DNA of 64,000 bases, from contig CAWAIF010000003.1 in assembly GCA_963782055.1 (NCBI GenBank), positions 6,208,001-6,272,000 of the forward strand. Reading direction: 5' to 3'. Positions 47,755 through 57,445 of this stretch are shown here, piece after piece (positions within the stretch are counted from its first letter, which is position 1; each line of letters starts with the position of its first letter). The notes under the pieces are model-generated. The model did no database searches and had not been told where the DNA came from. It worked only from the letters and a program-made list of their open reading frames with translations. This DNA is from an uncultured delta proteobacterium (lineage in GTDB: Bacteria; Myxococcota_A; Polyangia; Polyangiales; Polyangiaceae). Both the position numbers and the translations under genes were made by a program.

Positions 47755-49511
47755 CGCCCTCCTCCGACGCCCTGGCCGAGCAGGCTGGCGTTTCGCTTGC
47801 GCGCGGGCGCCGCCTCCGCGGGGTCCACGTCCACGTCCACCACCACCGGCCCTGACTCGTGCATCGCCTCGCGCAGGGCGTCGTCCAGGTCGGACTCGCG
47901 CGTGACGCGCAGGCCGCGCGCGCCCATCGCCTCGGCCAGGCGCCCGAAGTCGGTCGGGGGGATGGCGGTGGCGAAGGGGGCGTAGCCCACCGACTCCATG
48001 CCCTGGCGGATCATCCCGTACTGGCTGTCGTTGAGGACGACCCACATCGCGCGGGCGCCGTGGTGCACGGCGGTGCTGATCTCGCTGTTCATGAGCATCG
48101 CGCCGTCGCCGAGCAAGGCCACCGCCTTGCGGCCGGTGGCGAGCGCCGCGCCCACGACGCCCGTGGCCGCGTGACCCATCGAGCCGAAGCCGAGGCTGGT
48201 GCGGTAGCCGCCGCGGCGGTCGAAGCGAAGCCAGTGCGTGGCCCAGGCGAAGGCGTTGCCCGCCTCCGACATCAGCACCGCGTCGCTCGCGTCGACCACC
48301 TGCCGCTGCAAGGCCGCCATCAGCGCCTGCGGGCGGACACGCCCCTCCGCCCGCAGCGCGGGCGCCGCCGGGAAGGGCGCGGTGCGAGGCGCCGCCGCGG
48401 AGGAGCGCAGGGACGGGCCACGATCCATGAGGGCCTCCAGGAAGAGGGCGACGTCCGACTCCAGCGCGAGGGTGGGGCCGTCGGGGTACGCCGCACCGAA
48501 GACCCCCGGGTCGATGTCGACGTGCAGCAGCCCCTTGGACGGGAGCAGGCGCTCGTCCCAGAGCGACGTCATCTCGCCGAGTCGCGTGCCGAGCACCAGC
48601 ACGTACTCCGGGCGACGAGCGGCGAAGTACTCGTCCACCGTGGCGTGACCGCCGAACCCACTGACGCCGAGATATTGCGGATGCGACTCGGGAAAGACGC
48701 CCTTGCCGCGCGGCGACGCCATGACCGGCGCGCCGGTGCGCTCGGCGAAGCGGCGCAGGACCGGCCCCGCCCCGCGCGCGCCGAAGCCCGCCCATACGAC
48801 GAACGATGAGCCCGCGAGCAGCTGCAGCACCACGTCCAGCGCGGTGGCGCCGCAGGTGACGTGACCGAGCGACTCCGGCGCGCGAAGCACCGCGTCGGGC
48901 GCGGGGGCCGACTGGAGCGACACCGGGAGCTGCAGGTGCGCCACGTACGGCCCGGCGCGCCGGAGGCCGCGCAGCACCCGGTTGGCGACGACGGCGAAGG
49001 AGGCCGGGTCGTCCAGGAGCAGCGACTCGTCGAACATGCCGCCGCCCGGGAAGACGCCGGAGTGCGTCACGGGGCACGCGCCGGTCTCCTGGAAGGCCCA
49101 CCTGCCGCGCTGAGCCGCCGACGTGGCCGCGGAGACGAGCAGCACCTTCGCCCCCTCCCAGCGCGCGGCGGCAAGGCCGGTGAGCGCGTTGGTCACGCCG
49201 GGCCCTGTCGTGGCGAAGACGAGCCCCGGACGCCCGGAGGCGAAGTAGGCCTCCGTCGCCGCGAAGGCCGCCCCCGCCTCGTGGCGGCAGTGCACGACCT
49301 CGATCGTGCTCTCGTGAAGGGCGCGAGCGAGCGGGGCGATGGCGCCACCAATCAGACCGTACGCGTGCGTGATGCCCGCGCCCGCGAGCATGCCGACGAG
49401 CGCCTCGGCGACCGTCGGCGCGAGCCGCGGGTCGCGCGTCGCGGGGCGAATGCGTGACTCCGAGGTCGCGGCCACGCCGCTCGACTTGGAGACCGGAAGG
49501 GGGGATCCCAT
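47751..49511 (-). CDS. ThDP-dependent enzyme (AHAS/ScyA-like)
   Basis: HCRHEAGAAF, TTGPGVTN, FGSMG, LGDGAMLM...LND. Confidence 0.9.
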   Translation of the reverse strand: MGSPLPVSKSSGVAATSESRIRPATRDPRLAPTVAEALVGMLAGAGITHAYGLIGGAIAPLARALHESTIEVVHCRHEAGAAFAATEAYFASGRPGLVFATTGPGVTNALTGLAAARWEGAKVLLVSAATSAAQRGRWAFQETGACPVTHSGVFPGGGMFDESLLLDDPASFAVVANRVLRGLRRAGPYVAHLQLPVSLQSAPAPDAVLRAPESLGHVTCGATALDVVLQLLAGSSFVVWAGFGARGAGPVLRRFAERTGAPVMASPRGKGVFPESHPQYLGVSGFGGHATVDEYFAARRPEYVLVLGTRLGEMTSLWDERLLPSKGLLHVDIDPGVFGAAYPDGPTLALESDVALFLEALMDRGPSLRSSAAAPRTAPFPAAPALRAEGRVRPQALMAALQRQVVDASDAVLMSEAGNAFAWATHWLRFDRRGGYRTSLGFGSMGHAATGVVGAALATGRKAVALLGDGAMLMNSEISTAVHHGARAMWVVLNDSQYGMIRQGMESVGYAPFATAIPPTDFGRLAEAMGARGLRVTRESDLDDALREAMHESGPVVVDVDVDPAEAAPARKRNASLLGQGVGGGR

Positions 49512-49526
49512 GGGGACGCGCACGGT

Positions 49527-50591
49527 CTACGGGTCGCCGTCGTCGTCGTCGCAGTGCGAGACGCTGCAGACGTGGGGGAGCGGCGGACGCCCGGCGTCCC
49601 AGAAGGCGAGCGCGCTCGTCCAGAGCTCGTCGCGCCCGGGCTCGAGGAGCAGCGCGTGGCCGCCGCCGGCGATGACGTGGAGCTGCACCGGCCCGCCGTA
49701 GTCCGACTGGAACGCGGTGACGTCCTGGGGCGGGGTGACGGGGTCGGCGGTCCCCCAGAACTGCAGCGCGGGCGCGCGGCCGTCGTGGGCGTCGAAGGGC
49801 GGCAGGTCGAAGCCCTCCAGCGTGGGACCGGTCGCGTAGGAGCCCACCAGGTTCTGGCCGACCCAGTCCACCGCGGGGGCCTCGGCGCTGGAGAGGAGCG
49901 GCGCGTAGGCGTCGGGCGTGGTCTGGATGTAGCCGTTCGGCGCGCTCTCGAGGAAGGCGAGGAACTCCGGGGTGAAGAACACCGACTGGAAGAAGGGCGT
50001 GACCGACTTGTAGACGTTGGACGCGACCACGATGCGGCCGATGTGGTCGGGATCCGTGGAGGACTCGGTGCCGCCGAGGGCGATCGCCAGCGAGGCGCCG
50101 AGGCTCATGCCGAAGACGTCCACCTTGTCGACGTGGTGGGTGCGGCGGATCCACTCCACCAGGGTGCCCAGGTCGCCGAGGAGGCGCTGCTTGGTCACCG
50201 TGCTGCCGTCGGCCGGGCGGGTGCTCAGGCCGTAGCCCTCGTAGCTCGGGGCGAAGACGAAGTAGCCGTCCTTCGCGATGCGATCCATCGCGTCGTAGCT
50301 GGGATCGCCGTCGACGTGGGCGTCATAGATGGCGTTGGTGGCGAGCGTGGGGGGGAGCAGCAGCACCGCGCGCCGGGACGAGGCGACGAGAGAGGCGGTG
50401 GTGTAGCGCTCCAGGACGTGGAGCCTCACGTCGTGCGAGATGCGGACGAAGTGCTGCTTGGCGACGAGATGGTCGCACGACTGCGTGCCGAACTCGGACG
50501 CCTGCTGAGCGACGGCGTCGGGCCCAGCGCCGGCCGAGCAGCCGGCGACGAAGGAAGCGGCGACAAGGACTCCCAACCACGGACACCTCAT
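49527..50591 (-). CDS. Alpha/beta hydrolase lipoprotein
   Basis: VAGC lipobox, GYGLS, GMSLG nucleophile elbow, GTADPV, GGH. Confidence 0.85.
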   Translation of the reverse strand: MRCPWLGVLVAASFVAGCSAGAGPDAVAQQASEFGTQSCDHLVAKQHFVRISHDVRLHVLERYTTASLVASSRRAVLLLPPTLATNAIYDAHVDGDPSYDAMDRIAKDGYFVFAPSYEGYGLSTRPADGSTVTKQRLLGDLGTLVEWIRRTHHVDKVDVFGMSLGASLAIALGGTESSTDPDHIGRIVVASNVYKSVTPFFQSVFFTPEFLAFLESAPNGYIQTTPDAYAPLLSSAEAPAVDWVGQNLVGSYATGPTLEGFDLPPFDAHDGRAPALQFWGTADPVTPPQDVTAFQSDYGGPVQLHVIAGGGHALLLEPGRDELWTSALAFWDAGRPPLPHVCSVSHCDDDDGDP

Positions 50592-50845
50592 GAGGACCTC
50601 CACGGTGCGCGCGTGTCGGACGACGCGATTGTCGTCCGCGGGCATAGAGCCACCTCGCCACGATAAGTTCCGCTCGGCTCCCGCGGAATCATCCCTGTGG
50701 GATGACAGCGCTCAGGAGAAGCGGGCGCGTGGCTCGAGCCCGAGGAACGCGCTGTAGCGGGCGGCGGCGCCGCGCACTGCGTCCTTCGCCTCGCGTGAGA
50801 GGCGACCGAAGGGCTCGACGTCGATCGTCAATCGCGCTCGTTCAT

Positions 50846-51346
50846 CTAGAAGCGAACGATCGGCCGCTGATCGATCGCGGCGATGGTGCCGGCCACGTCG
50901 TCGGGCGTGACGACGATGGGGAGCGAGCCGTCGTTGCGACGGATGATCACCGCCTGGCCGCAGCGCGTGGAGTACAGGCGAAAGCGGCCGAGCTTGTCGC
51001 TCGCGAAGAGGCCGTAGCTGCCGAAGAAGCCGCCCACGCCGAGGACACGCACCCGGCGACGGCCGAGCTCGCTCACCGGGGCGGCGCTCTCCACCGAGGA
51101 GAGGGCCACGCGCAGCGGCCGCCAGGCGCGGCGCTCGATGCGGAGCTCCGCGCCCTCCACGACCAGGGCGCTGGGCCCCATCATCCAGGAGAGCGCGAGG
51201 GCGCCCAGCACCAGCGCGATGACCGGGAGGCGGCCATCATGCGGGAGGAAGACGGCGGCGAGCACGAGGGTGACGACCACCAGGAGCGACGAGAGCACCG
51301 TGAAGTTGGCGTGAGCACGATCCAGGGAAAACGCCGTGCGGAACAT
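50846..51346 (-). CDS. Membrane protein with a bacterial PH domain
   Basis: Two TMs, RVLGVGGFFGSYGLF, IVVTPDD. Confidence 0.75.
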   Translation of the reverse strand: MFRTAFSLDRAHANFTVLSSLLVVVTLVLAAVFLPHDGRLPVIALVLGALALSWMMGPSALVVEGAELRIERRAWRPLRVALSSVESAAPVSELGRRRVRVLGVGGFFGSYGLFASDKLGRFRLYSTRCGQAVIIRRNDGSLPIVVTPDDVAGTIAAIDQRPIVRF

Positions 51347-51419
51347 GCAGCTCAACCTAAGACCGCCCCCACCGGCGGCAACGAGTATCGGCACCCGCGG
51401 CGTCCGATTCTGGGGCCCG

Positions 51420-52544
51420 TCACCCCGGCAGCTTGGTGGCGGTCGCCGCCGTTTCGGCGCGCGGCGCCGGCTTGGGCGTCTTCGCCGTGCTCTTCGGCAA
51501 GGTGGGGGCCTTCGTCACGTCGGCCGGCGGCTCCGCCGTCATGCTGCCGAGGAAGGCGACGATGGACCGCGCCTGCTTGGCGCTGATGTTCTTCCCGAGC
51601 TGGTACTCGGCCATCATCATCACTGTCTGCTCCAGACTCTTCTGCGACCCGTCGTGCAGGTAGGGGCCGGTGTCGGTGATGTTGCGGAGCATCGCCACCT
51701 TGAACTTGCCCTTGTCCGCATCCTGCTTGGTGACGCCGTAGAGGCCCTCGTCCTTCAGGTTCGGCCACGGCTTGATCAGGCCGAGCTTCTGCACCATCGA
51801 GCCGCCCACGCCCGGCCCCTGGTGGCAGGTCTCGCATCCGGTGTCGAGGAAGGTGGCGAGGCCGGCCGTCTGCGTGTCGGTGAGGGCGGACTGGTCGCCC
51901 TCGAGGTACTTGTCCCAGGAGGACCGGTAGAGCAGCGTGCGCAGGAAGGCGCCGAGCGCCTTGGCGGTGTTGTCCAGGGTGACCGGCTTGGCCTCCCCGG
52001 GGAACGCCTTCTTGAAGTCGGCGACGTACTCGGGCATCGAGGTGAGCACCGCGTCGAGGCGCTTGTCGTCGGTGTCCATCACCGCGGGGTCCTTGAGCAC
52101 CATGCCGACGGCCTGCTCCACGGTATCGGCGCGCGCGTCCCAGAACTGCTTGGTCTGCACCGAGCCGTCGACGAGCGGCGGCGTGTTGCGGCCGAGGACC
52201 TTACCCCCCTGCCCCTTCGACAGGGCGAGCCCGTCGGTGCCGGCGTGGTCCAGGTGGTGGCAGCTGTTGCAGGAGAGGCTTTGCCCGCGGGAGATGCGCG
52301 CGTCGAAGAAGAGCATCTTGCCCAGGTTCACCTTGTCCGGTGTCCCGGGGTTCTCGGGCGACTCGTTCTTCGCGGGCAGCGCCTTGAAGAGCGCGAGCAT
52401 CGCCGTGTTGACGACGGGGGCCTTCGCCGTGGGCGCGGCGGCCTCCTGCACGACCTTCTGTGGCGTCGGCTTCTCCTGGCACGAAGAGGAGACGGCGGCG
52501 AGGGTCGCGACGACGGCGGTGGCGAGCAGCGTCCGGATGTCCAT
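51420..52544 (-). CDS. Di-haem cytochrome c peroxidase
   Basis: LGKMLFFD, CNSCH, QFWDARA, CETCH, FKVAMLRN, PYLHDGS. Confidence 0.92.
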   Translation of the reverse strand: MDIRTLLATAVVATLAAVSSSCQEKPTPQKVVQEAAAPTAKAPVVNTAMLALFKALPAKNESPENPGTPDKVNLGKMLFFDARISRGQSLSCNSCHHLDHAGTDGLALSKGQGGKVLGRNTPPLVDGSVQTKQFWDARADTVEQAVGMVLKDPAVMDTDDKRLDAVLTSMPEYVADFKKAFPGEAKPVTLDNTAKALGAFLRTLLYRSSWDKYLEGDQSALTDTQTAGLATFLDTGCETCHQGPGVGGSMVQKLGLIKPWPNLKDEGLYGVTKQDADKGKFKVAMLRNITDTGPYLHDGSQKSLEQTVMMMAEYQLGKNISAKQARSIVAFLGSMTAEPPADVTKAPTLPKSTAKTPKPAPRAETAATATKLPG

Positions 52545-52638
52545 GGCGCGTTGCTAGGACCTGCGCCGGGACGGGCAAGACCCCGCGCGAAATCGGCGCG
52601 GCAGAGGATGCGCGGCCCGGCGGTCGGGGCGCGTCGGC

Positions 52639-54024
52639 TCAGCGATCGCGACGCGTACGTCGCCTGGACGCGACGGCCAGCCCCGCGAAGAGCGCGAGGG
52701 CCGCGCCCCAGCCGCCGCCGCCGGCGGAGCCTGTCTCCACCGCGCAGCCGCCGCCTCCGCCTCCTCCTCCGCCGCCGCCGGTTCCCGCGCCGGAGGGCGG
52801 CGCGGCGACCTGGATGCTGAAGGGCGCGTCGGACTTCTTCGACGAGATGCCCGCGACCACCACGACGCCGGCGCCCGTGACGGTGGCGGGCAGGTGCGAG
52901 AGCTCGTCGAGGCGAGCCTTGCCGCCCTCCAGCGGGAAGGTGCGCGCCGCGACGCGCGTCTCGTCGCCGGTGAGGGTGAGCTGCTCCTGAGCGTCGCCGA
53001 AGTCGTACGAGTAGAAGAAGACGGAGAAGCCGGTGGCGATGTCGCTCACGCCGGAGTCGTCCATCGGGGTGAGGGTGACCTCCGGGTAGCTGGCGGCGTC
53101 GGCGTAGCCGCCCGTGCCGGCGCGCGAGCCGGTCGCCGCGTTCCACGCGGCGAAGGTCGGGTACGCGTCGGCGAGCGACGAGCCGAACGTCGGAAGCGCC
53201 GCGTCGATGGCGTTCATCGACGGCGGGCCGAGCGTGGCCTCCTGCTCCAGGGAGGCGCGGATGGTGTCGGGGTCGAGGTACTGGTCGAGGAAGACGGGCC
53301 AGATCGCAGCGCCGTAGAGGAAGCCGGAGACCACCCCGCCACCGGCGATGTCGATGGACTTGCCGGCATCGGAGAAGAACGCGGGGAGGAAGGACTCCAA
53401 ATCCGTCTCCGCGGGGTAGAGCGTCTTGGCGGCCCACTGCGCGGTGCCCTCCGCCCAGAAGTGGTCGAGCTTCTGGTCGTAGGCGTCCTGCACCGAGTGG
53501 AAGATCTCGTGCGCGATGACGACGTGGGCGCCGAGCTCGAAGGAGCCGTAGATCTTCTCCAGGTGCGACTCCACCTGGAGGAAGGTGGTGCACTGCGTCG
53601 CCTTGCCGCTCGCCGTGCACGTCTCCGTCGCCGTGTCGCCGTCGGCGGCGTTGAAGTGCATCAGGTACAGGTCGAGGGCGGGCGACCCGCCGCACGCGTT
53701 GCCGGAGCCGCTGTCGGAGAGCGGCGCGGTGAAGCCCATCTGCACGTAGGACGCGAACGCCGCGTCGGCCACCGAGGCGGCGGTGGCGACGTTGTCGGGC
53801 ACCTGATCGACGCGTGTCGTCGTGGGGTCGACCGCGTGCATGCCCGTGGTGGTGTACCAGACGCGCACGCTCTTGCCGTCGAAGTGGGAGACCGGGTCGG
53901 CGCCGTAGTCGTAGCCGTTCACCCCGCCCGGGTCGGTCGGGCGCTGGCAGGCGGCGTGGGCGGTGCGCGCGGCGAGGCCGGCGGCGGCGACGCAGAGCAC
54001 GGACGCGAACGTACGCGCGCGCAT
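52639..54024 (-). CDS. Secreted zinc metalloprotease (MXAN_6640-like) with MYXO-CTERM
   Basis: AHEIFHSVQ..FWAEGTA; C-terminal GGGCAV...hydrophobic...RRRTRR. Confidence 0.85.
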   Translation of the reverse strand: MRARTFASVLCVAAAGLAARTAHAACQRPTDPGGVNGYDYGADPVSHFDGKSVRVWYTTTGMHAVDPTTTRVDQVPDNVATAASVADAAFASYVQMGFTAPLSDSGSGNACGGSPALDLYLMHFNAADGDTATETCTASGKATQCTTFLQVESHLEKIYGSFELGAHVVIAHEIFHSVQDAYDQKLDHFWAEGTAQWAAKTLYPAETDLESFLPAFFSDAGKSIDIAGGGVVSGFLYGAAIWPVFLDQYLDPDTIRASLEQEATLGPPSMNAIDAALPTFGSSLADAYPTFAAWNAATGSRAGTGGYADAASYPEVTLTPMDDSGVSDIATGFSVFFYSYDFGDAQEQLTLTGDETRVAARTFPLEGGKARLDELSHLPATVTGAGVVVVAGISSKKSDAPFSIQVAAPPSGAGTGGGGGGGGGGGCAVETGSAGGGGWGAALALFAGLAVASRRRTRRDR

Positions 54025-54026
54025 GG

Positions 54027-54773
54027 CTACAGGCCCGCGACCTCGATGAGGTACTCGCCGGCGAGCTGGCTCCCGCCCGTGCCGCCGTCGGGCCGGCCGT
54101 AGAAGGAGAGGATGGCGACCTTGTAGAGCTTGCCCGTGGCGCCGCGGACGATGAAGGTGGTGCCCGGCTTCGGCGTGACGGTGTTGGTCTGCTGGTCGTA
54201 GTCGTACCAGTCGCTCATCGTCGTCAGGATCTCGCCGGTGGCGTCGGTCTTGGGGTTGCAGTCGGCGTCGACGAAGGACTCGGTCGCGAAGGTGCCGGTC
54301 GCGTCGGCGGCGGTGACCTGGTCGAACGCCTTGGCGACGGTGAGCAGGCCGCCCTGGCCCGGGCCCCCGTCGCCGTCGTTGGTGAAGATGACGGGGCGCT
54401 TGAACGCCAGGTCCCAGCCAGTGGAGGTCGGCGCCTGCACGTCGGTGACGTCGACGCGGGTGGCGGTCTCCAGGTTGACGTAGGTGCGCGGGTACTGATC
54501 CTGGAGGGCGAAGCTCCCAGCCGAGGCGTCCAGGTAGACCGTCTTGACGCCGTTGGTGTCGCTCACCACCGAGACGACGCCGGTGGAGACCTTGTCGACC
54601 GGCTTGAGGACGGACGACAGGGCGGCGGAGCACATGTTGCCCGCGTCCGCGGTGGCGTCGGCGGGGGCGTCCACGTCGGCGTCGCCGGCGCCGGCGTCAT
54701 CGGTGCTCGCCGGCGAGCTGCTGCAGGCGGTGACGCCCAGACCCATGAGGAGAAGAAGAGGAGGGAGGCGCAA
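54027..54773 (-). CDS. hmuY: HmuY-family lipoprotein
   Basis: VTAC lipobox, WDLAFKR..IFTNDG, WYDYD, FIVRGATGKLYKVAILSFY. Confidence 0.8.
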   Translation of the reverse strand: MRLPPLLLLMGLGVTACSSSPASTDDAGAGDADVDAPADATADAGNMCSAALSSVLKPVDKVSTGVVSVVSDTNGVKTVYLDASAGSFALQDQYPRTYVNLETATRVDVTDVQAPTSTGWDLAFKRPVIFTNDGDGGPGQGGLLTVAKAFDQVTAADATGTFATESFVDADCNPKTDATGEILTTMSDWYDYDQQTNTVTPKPGTTFIVRGATGKLYKVAILSFYGRPDGGTGGSQLAGEYLIEVAGL

Positions 54774-55020
54774 GGTCCCCAGTGTACCGCCTCCGCGGGG
54801 GACGAGCGCACCTTTCGCGTGCGCCGGAGAGGTCCATGCGCCTCGGAAGCGTGGTTCCCGGCTCCGCGCCCGGGACCATCGGGTGCCCCCTCCCGCAGCG
54901 GGTGCGCGTCGGCGCAAAGTCCAAGCGCGCCGGAGGCCGCCTTTGGCGAAATGCCAACCGCGAAGGCTCGCGGCGCCGTCAATCGGCGGGTCGCCGGGGC
55001 AACCTCCCAACATCCGGTGG

Positions 55021-55036
55021 TGGCACGCAACCTGCT
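55021..55036 (+). promoter_or_regulatory. Sigma54 promoter of the EPS operon
   Basis: TGGCAC-GCAAC-CTGCT, 17 nt before the ATG. Confidence 0.75.
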
Positions 55037-55053
55037 CTGTGGTGTGAGTTGCC

Positions 55054-56415
55054 ATGTTTGCATCTCGTCGACATCTCTCCACGGAGCGCGCTCAGACCCT
55101 CAGTCGGGCCGGAGACTTGCTCCTGATCTGGGGGGCCGCGTGGCTCGCGGCGCGGGTCGAGGGGCCTCTCGGCATCCTGTCCTTTGGCCTCGCCGCCACG
55201 CTCCTCTGGCTGCTCGCCGCCAGGGTGATCCGGCAGTACGACGCGACCAACGGGCGCGGCTTCGTCGGCGACCTGGTGCTCACCCTGGTCATGGTGATCA
55301 CGGTCTCCGGAGTCCTCTTCGCCGCCAGCATCCTCCTCGGCCACGCGGAGGTCGAGCGGTTCGCCGCGGTGTGGGTCCCCTCGGTCCTCGTCGCCCGGGC
55401 GATCGTCATCGGCCCGCGGCTGCGGGCGGCGCGGCCGGTCGACGCGGTGCTCGTCGTGGGCGTCGGCCCGCTCGGCCGGGTGACGGGCAAGGAGATCGCC
55501 GAGAGCGGCCGGAGTGTCCTCGGCTATCTCCGCTTCGAGGACGAGGAGCCCCACGCGCACCTGCGCGCGACGGTGCTGGGGACGGCGGGGCACCTGGAGA
55601 ACGTCCTCAAGGAGCGCGTCGTCGACGAGGTGTACCTCGCCGCCACGGCGGACGAGCACGCTGCGGCGGTACAGGACTCCATCCGCACTTGCGAGCGCTT
55701 CGGCACCCCCTTCGCCCTGCCCGCCTTCGCGTACCGCCTCACCCGCGCCCGGCCTGTGGGTCCGCTCGGGCATGGCGACGGGTACGCGCACTTCCTCAGC
55801 GTGCGGCAGAAGCCGCTGCAGCTCTGGCTCAAGCGGTTCTTCGACCTCGTCGCCTCCGGCGGGGCGCTGGCGCTCCTCTCGCCCCTCCTCGTCGGCGTCG
55901 CCGTGGCGGTGAAGGTGACCTCACGCGGGCCCGTCTTCTTCCGTCAGGAGCGCGTCGGCCTCCATGGCCGCACCTTCTACATGCTCAAGTACCGCTCGAT
56001 GGTGGCCGACGCCGAGGCGCAGAAGGCCAAGCTGCTGGCGCACAACGAGCAGGCCGGCCCGGTCTTCAAGATGAAGCGCGACCCGCGCGTGACCGCGGTC
56101 GGCCGCTTCATCCGCAAGTTCAGCATCGACGAGCTCCCGCAGCTGGTGAACGTGCTGCGCGGCGACATGTCGATCGTCGGGCCGCGCCCGCCCCTCCCGA
56201 GCGAGGTGCGCCGCTACCAGGCCTGGCAGCGCCGGCGCCTCTCCGTCCGCCCCGGCCTCACGTGCGTCTGGCAGGTGAGCGGCCGCAACGAGATTTCTTT
56301 CGAAGAGTGGATGCTTCTCGACATGCGCTACATCGACCACTGGAGCCTCGCTCAGGACTTCAACCTCATCCTGCGCACGGTGCCGGTCGTGTTGACGGGC
56401 CGCGGTGCGAGTTGA
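55054..56415 (+). CDS. Priming polyprenyl glycosylphosphotransferase (WcaJ/EpsZ-like)
   Basis: [44 protein letters not shown]. Confidence 0.94.
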   Translation: MFASRRHLSTERAQTLSRAGDLLLIWGAAWLAARVEGPLGILSFGLAATLLWLLAARVIRQYDATNGRGFVGDLVLTLVMVITVSGVLFAASILLGHAEVERFAAVWVPSVLVARAIVIGPRLRAARPVDAVLVVGVGPLGRVTGKEIAESGRSVLGYLRFEDEEPHAHLRATVLGTAGHLENVLKERVVDEVYLAATADEHAAAVQDSIRTCERFGTPFALPAFAYRLTRARPVGPLGHGDGYAHFLSVRQKPLQLWLKRFFDLVASGGALALLSPLLVGVAVAVKVTSRGPVFFRQERVGLHGRTFYMLKYRSMVADAEAQKAKLLAHNEQAGPVFKMKRDPRVTAVGRFIRKFSIDELPQLVNVLRGDMSIVGPRPPLPSEVRRYQAWQRRRLSVRPGLTCVWQVSGRNEISFEEWMLLDMRYIDHWSLAQDFNLILRTVPVVLTGRGAS

Positions 56416-56429
56416 GGAAAGGAGATCCG

Positions 56430-56837
56430 ATGAAGAACCGAGTGGCGCTCGTCGTGGAGGACGACCCGATCCTCCAGCGGGCGATGACCAACCGCCTGGG
56501 GAGGATGGGCTTCGACGCGCTCGGGGCCCTTCATTACGACGCCGCGCTCCTACGGCTCGCCGAGCGGCGTCCGCACCTCGTGTGCGTCAACCTGGAGCTC
56601 CCCACCGAGTCCGGGTACGAGGTGTGCGAGTACATCCGGCGCGACGCGAGGCTCGCGCGCGTGCCCATCATCGTGACCAGTGAGTCCGGCTACCCGGAGG
56701 CCATGGCGAGCGCGGAGAGGGCCGGCGCCAACGCCTTCCTCAAGAAACCCTTCACGATGGCGGCCCTCGTCGCCTACGTGGAGGCGCTCGTCCACGGACA
56801 CGAGAGCGAACCGCATCTGAGGAGGCTCTGGCCATGA
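56430..56837 (+). CDS. Single-domain response regulator (atypical)
   Basis: LVVEDD, HLVCVNLELP, PIIVTS, FLKKPF; AAGGAG RBS. Confidence 0.85.
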   Translation: MKNRVALVVEDDPILQRAMTNRLGRMGFDALGALHYDAALLRLAERRPHLVCVNLELPTESGYEVCEYIRRDARLARVPIIVTSESGYPEAMASAERAGANAFLKKPFTMAALVAYVEALVHGHESEPHLRRLWP

Positions 56838-57439
56838 ACGCCGCCCGCCGCCGCACGGTCTTCTTCCTCATGATCCTCGGAGCGCTGCTGGCACTCGTGC
56901 CGGCGTGCGCGAGTCAGGGCCACTACGTGTGGGTGGGCGATCTGCCGCCCAGCCAGGGCTCCGATGCCTACGTCATCTCGGCGGGCGACCTGCTCAACGT
57001 CCGCGTCTTCAACCAGGAGAACCTCTCCACGCACGCGCGGGTGCGGACCGACGGGAAGATCGCCGTGCCGCTCCTCGGCGACGTGGCGGTCGCCGGGCGC
57101 ACGCCCTCGGACGTCACAGGCGAGCTGCAGAAGCGCTTCAAGCAGTACGTGGTCTCGCCGGAGGTCACCATCACCGTGGAGGAGATCCAGCCCACCGCGG
57201 TCTCGGTGCTCGGGGAGGTGTCGCACCCGGGCAACTACACCCTCGCCGGGTCGGCGGGCGTGCTGGCGGCGCTCGCCGCGGCCGGCGGGCTGACCGAGTA
57301 CGCGAGCCGCAGCGGCATCTACGTGGTGCGCCACTCGCCCCCGCAGGACGTCCGGTTCACCTTCGCCTCCCTGACCGACGCCGAGAGCCGCGCGGCCACC
57401 TTCCGGTTGCGGCCCGGCGACGTCGTGGTGGTCGAGTAG
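56834..57439 (+). CDS. Short OPX/Wza-type polysaccharide export lipoprotein
   Basis: ISAGDLLNVRV, VRTDGKIAVPLLG, VLGEVSHPG, AGGLT, LRPGDVVVVE; lacks the C-terminal helix. Confidence 0.9.
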   Translation: MNAARRRTVFFLMILGALLALVPACASQGHYVWVGDLPPSQGSDAYVISAGDLLNVRVFNQENLSTHARVRTDGKIAVPLLGDVAVAGRTPSDVTGELQKRFKQYVVSPEVTITVEEIQPTAVSVLGEVSHPGNYTLAGSAGVLAALAAAGGLTEYASRSGIYVVRHSPPQDVRFTFASLTDAESRAATFRLRPGDVVVVE

Positions 57440-57445
57440 GGTGTC

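Noticed and set aside
46033..50154. 1373-aa ORF, and similar long ORFs such as 3546..6731 and 53814..56837
   Set aside because: GC-rich shadow extensions rich in Arg/Pro/Gly that overlap well-supported genes; only the C-terminal parts are real proteins.
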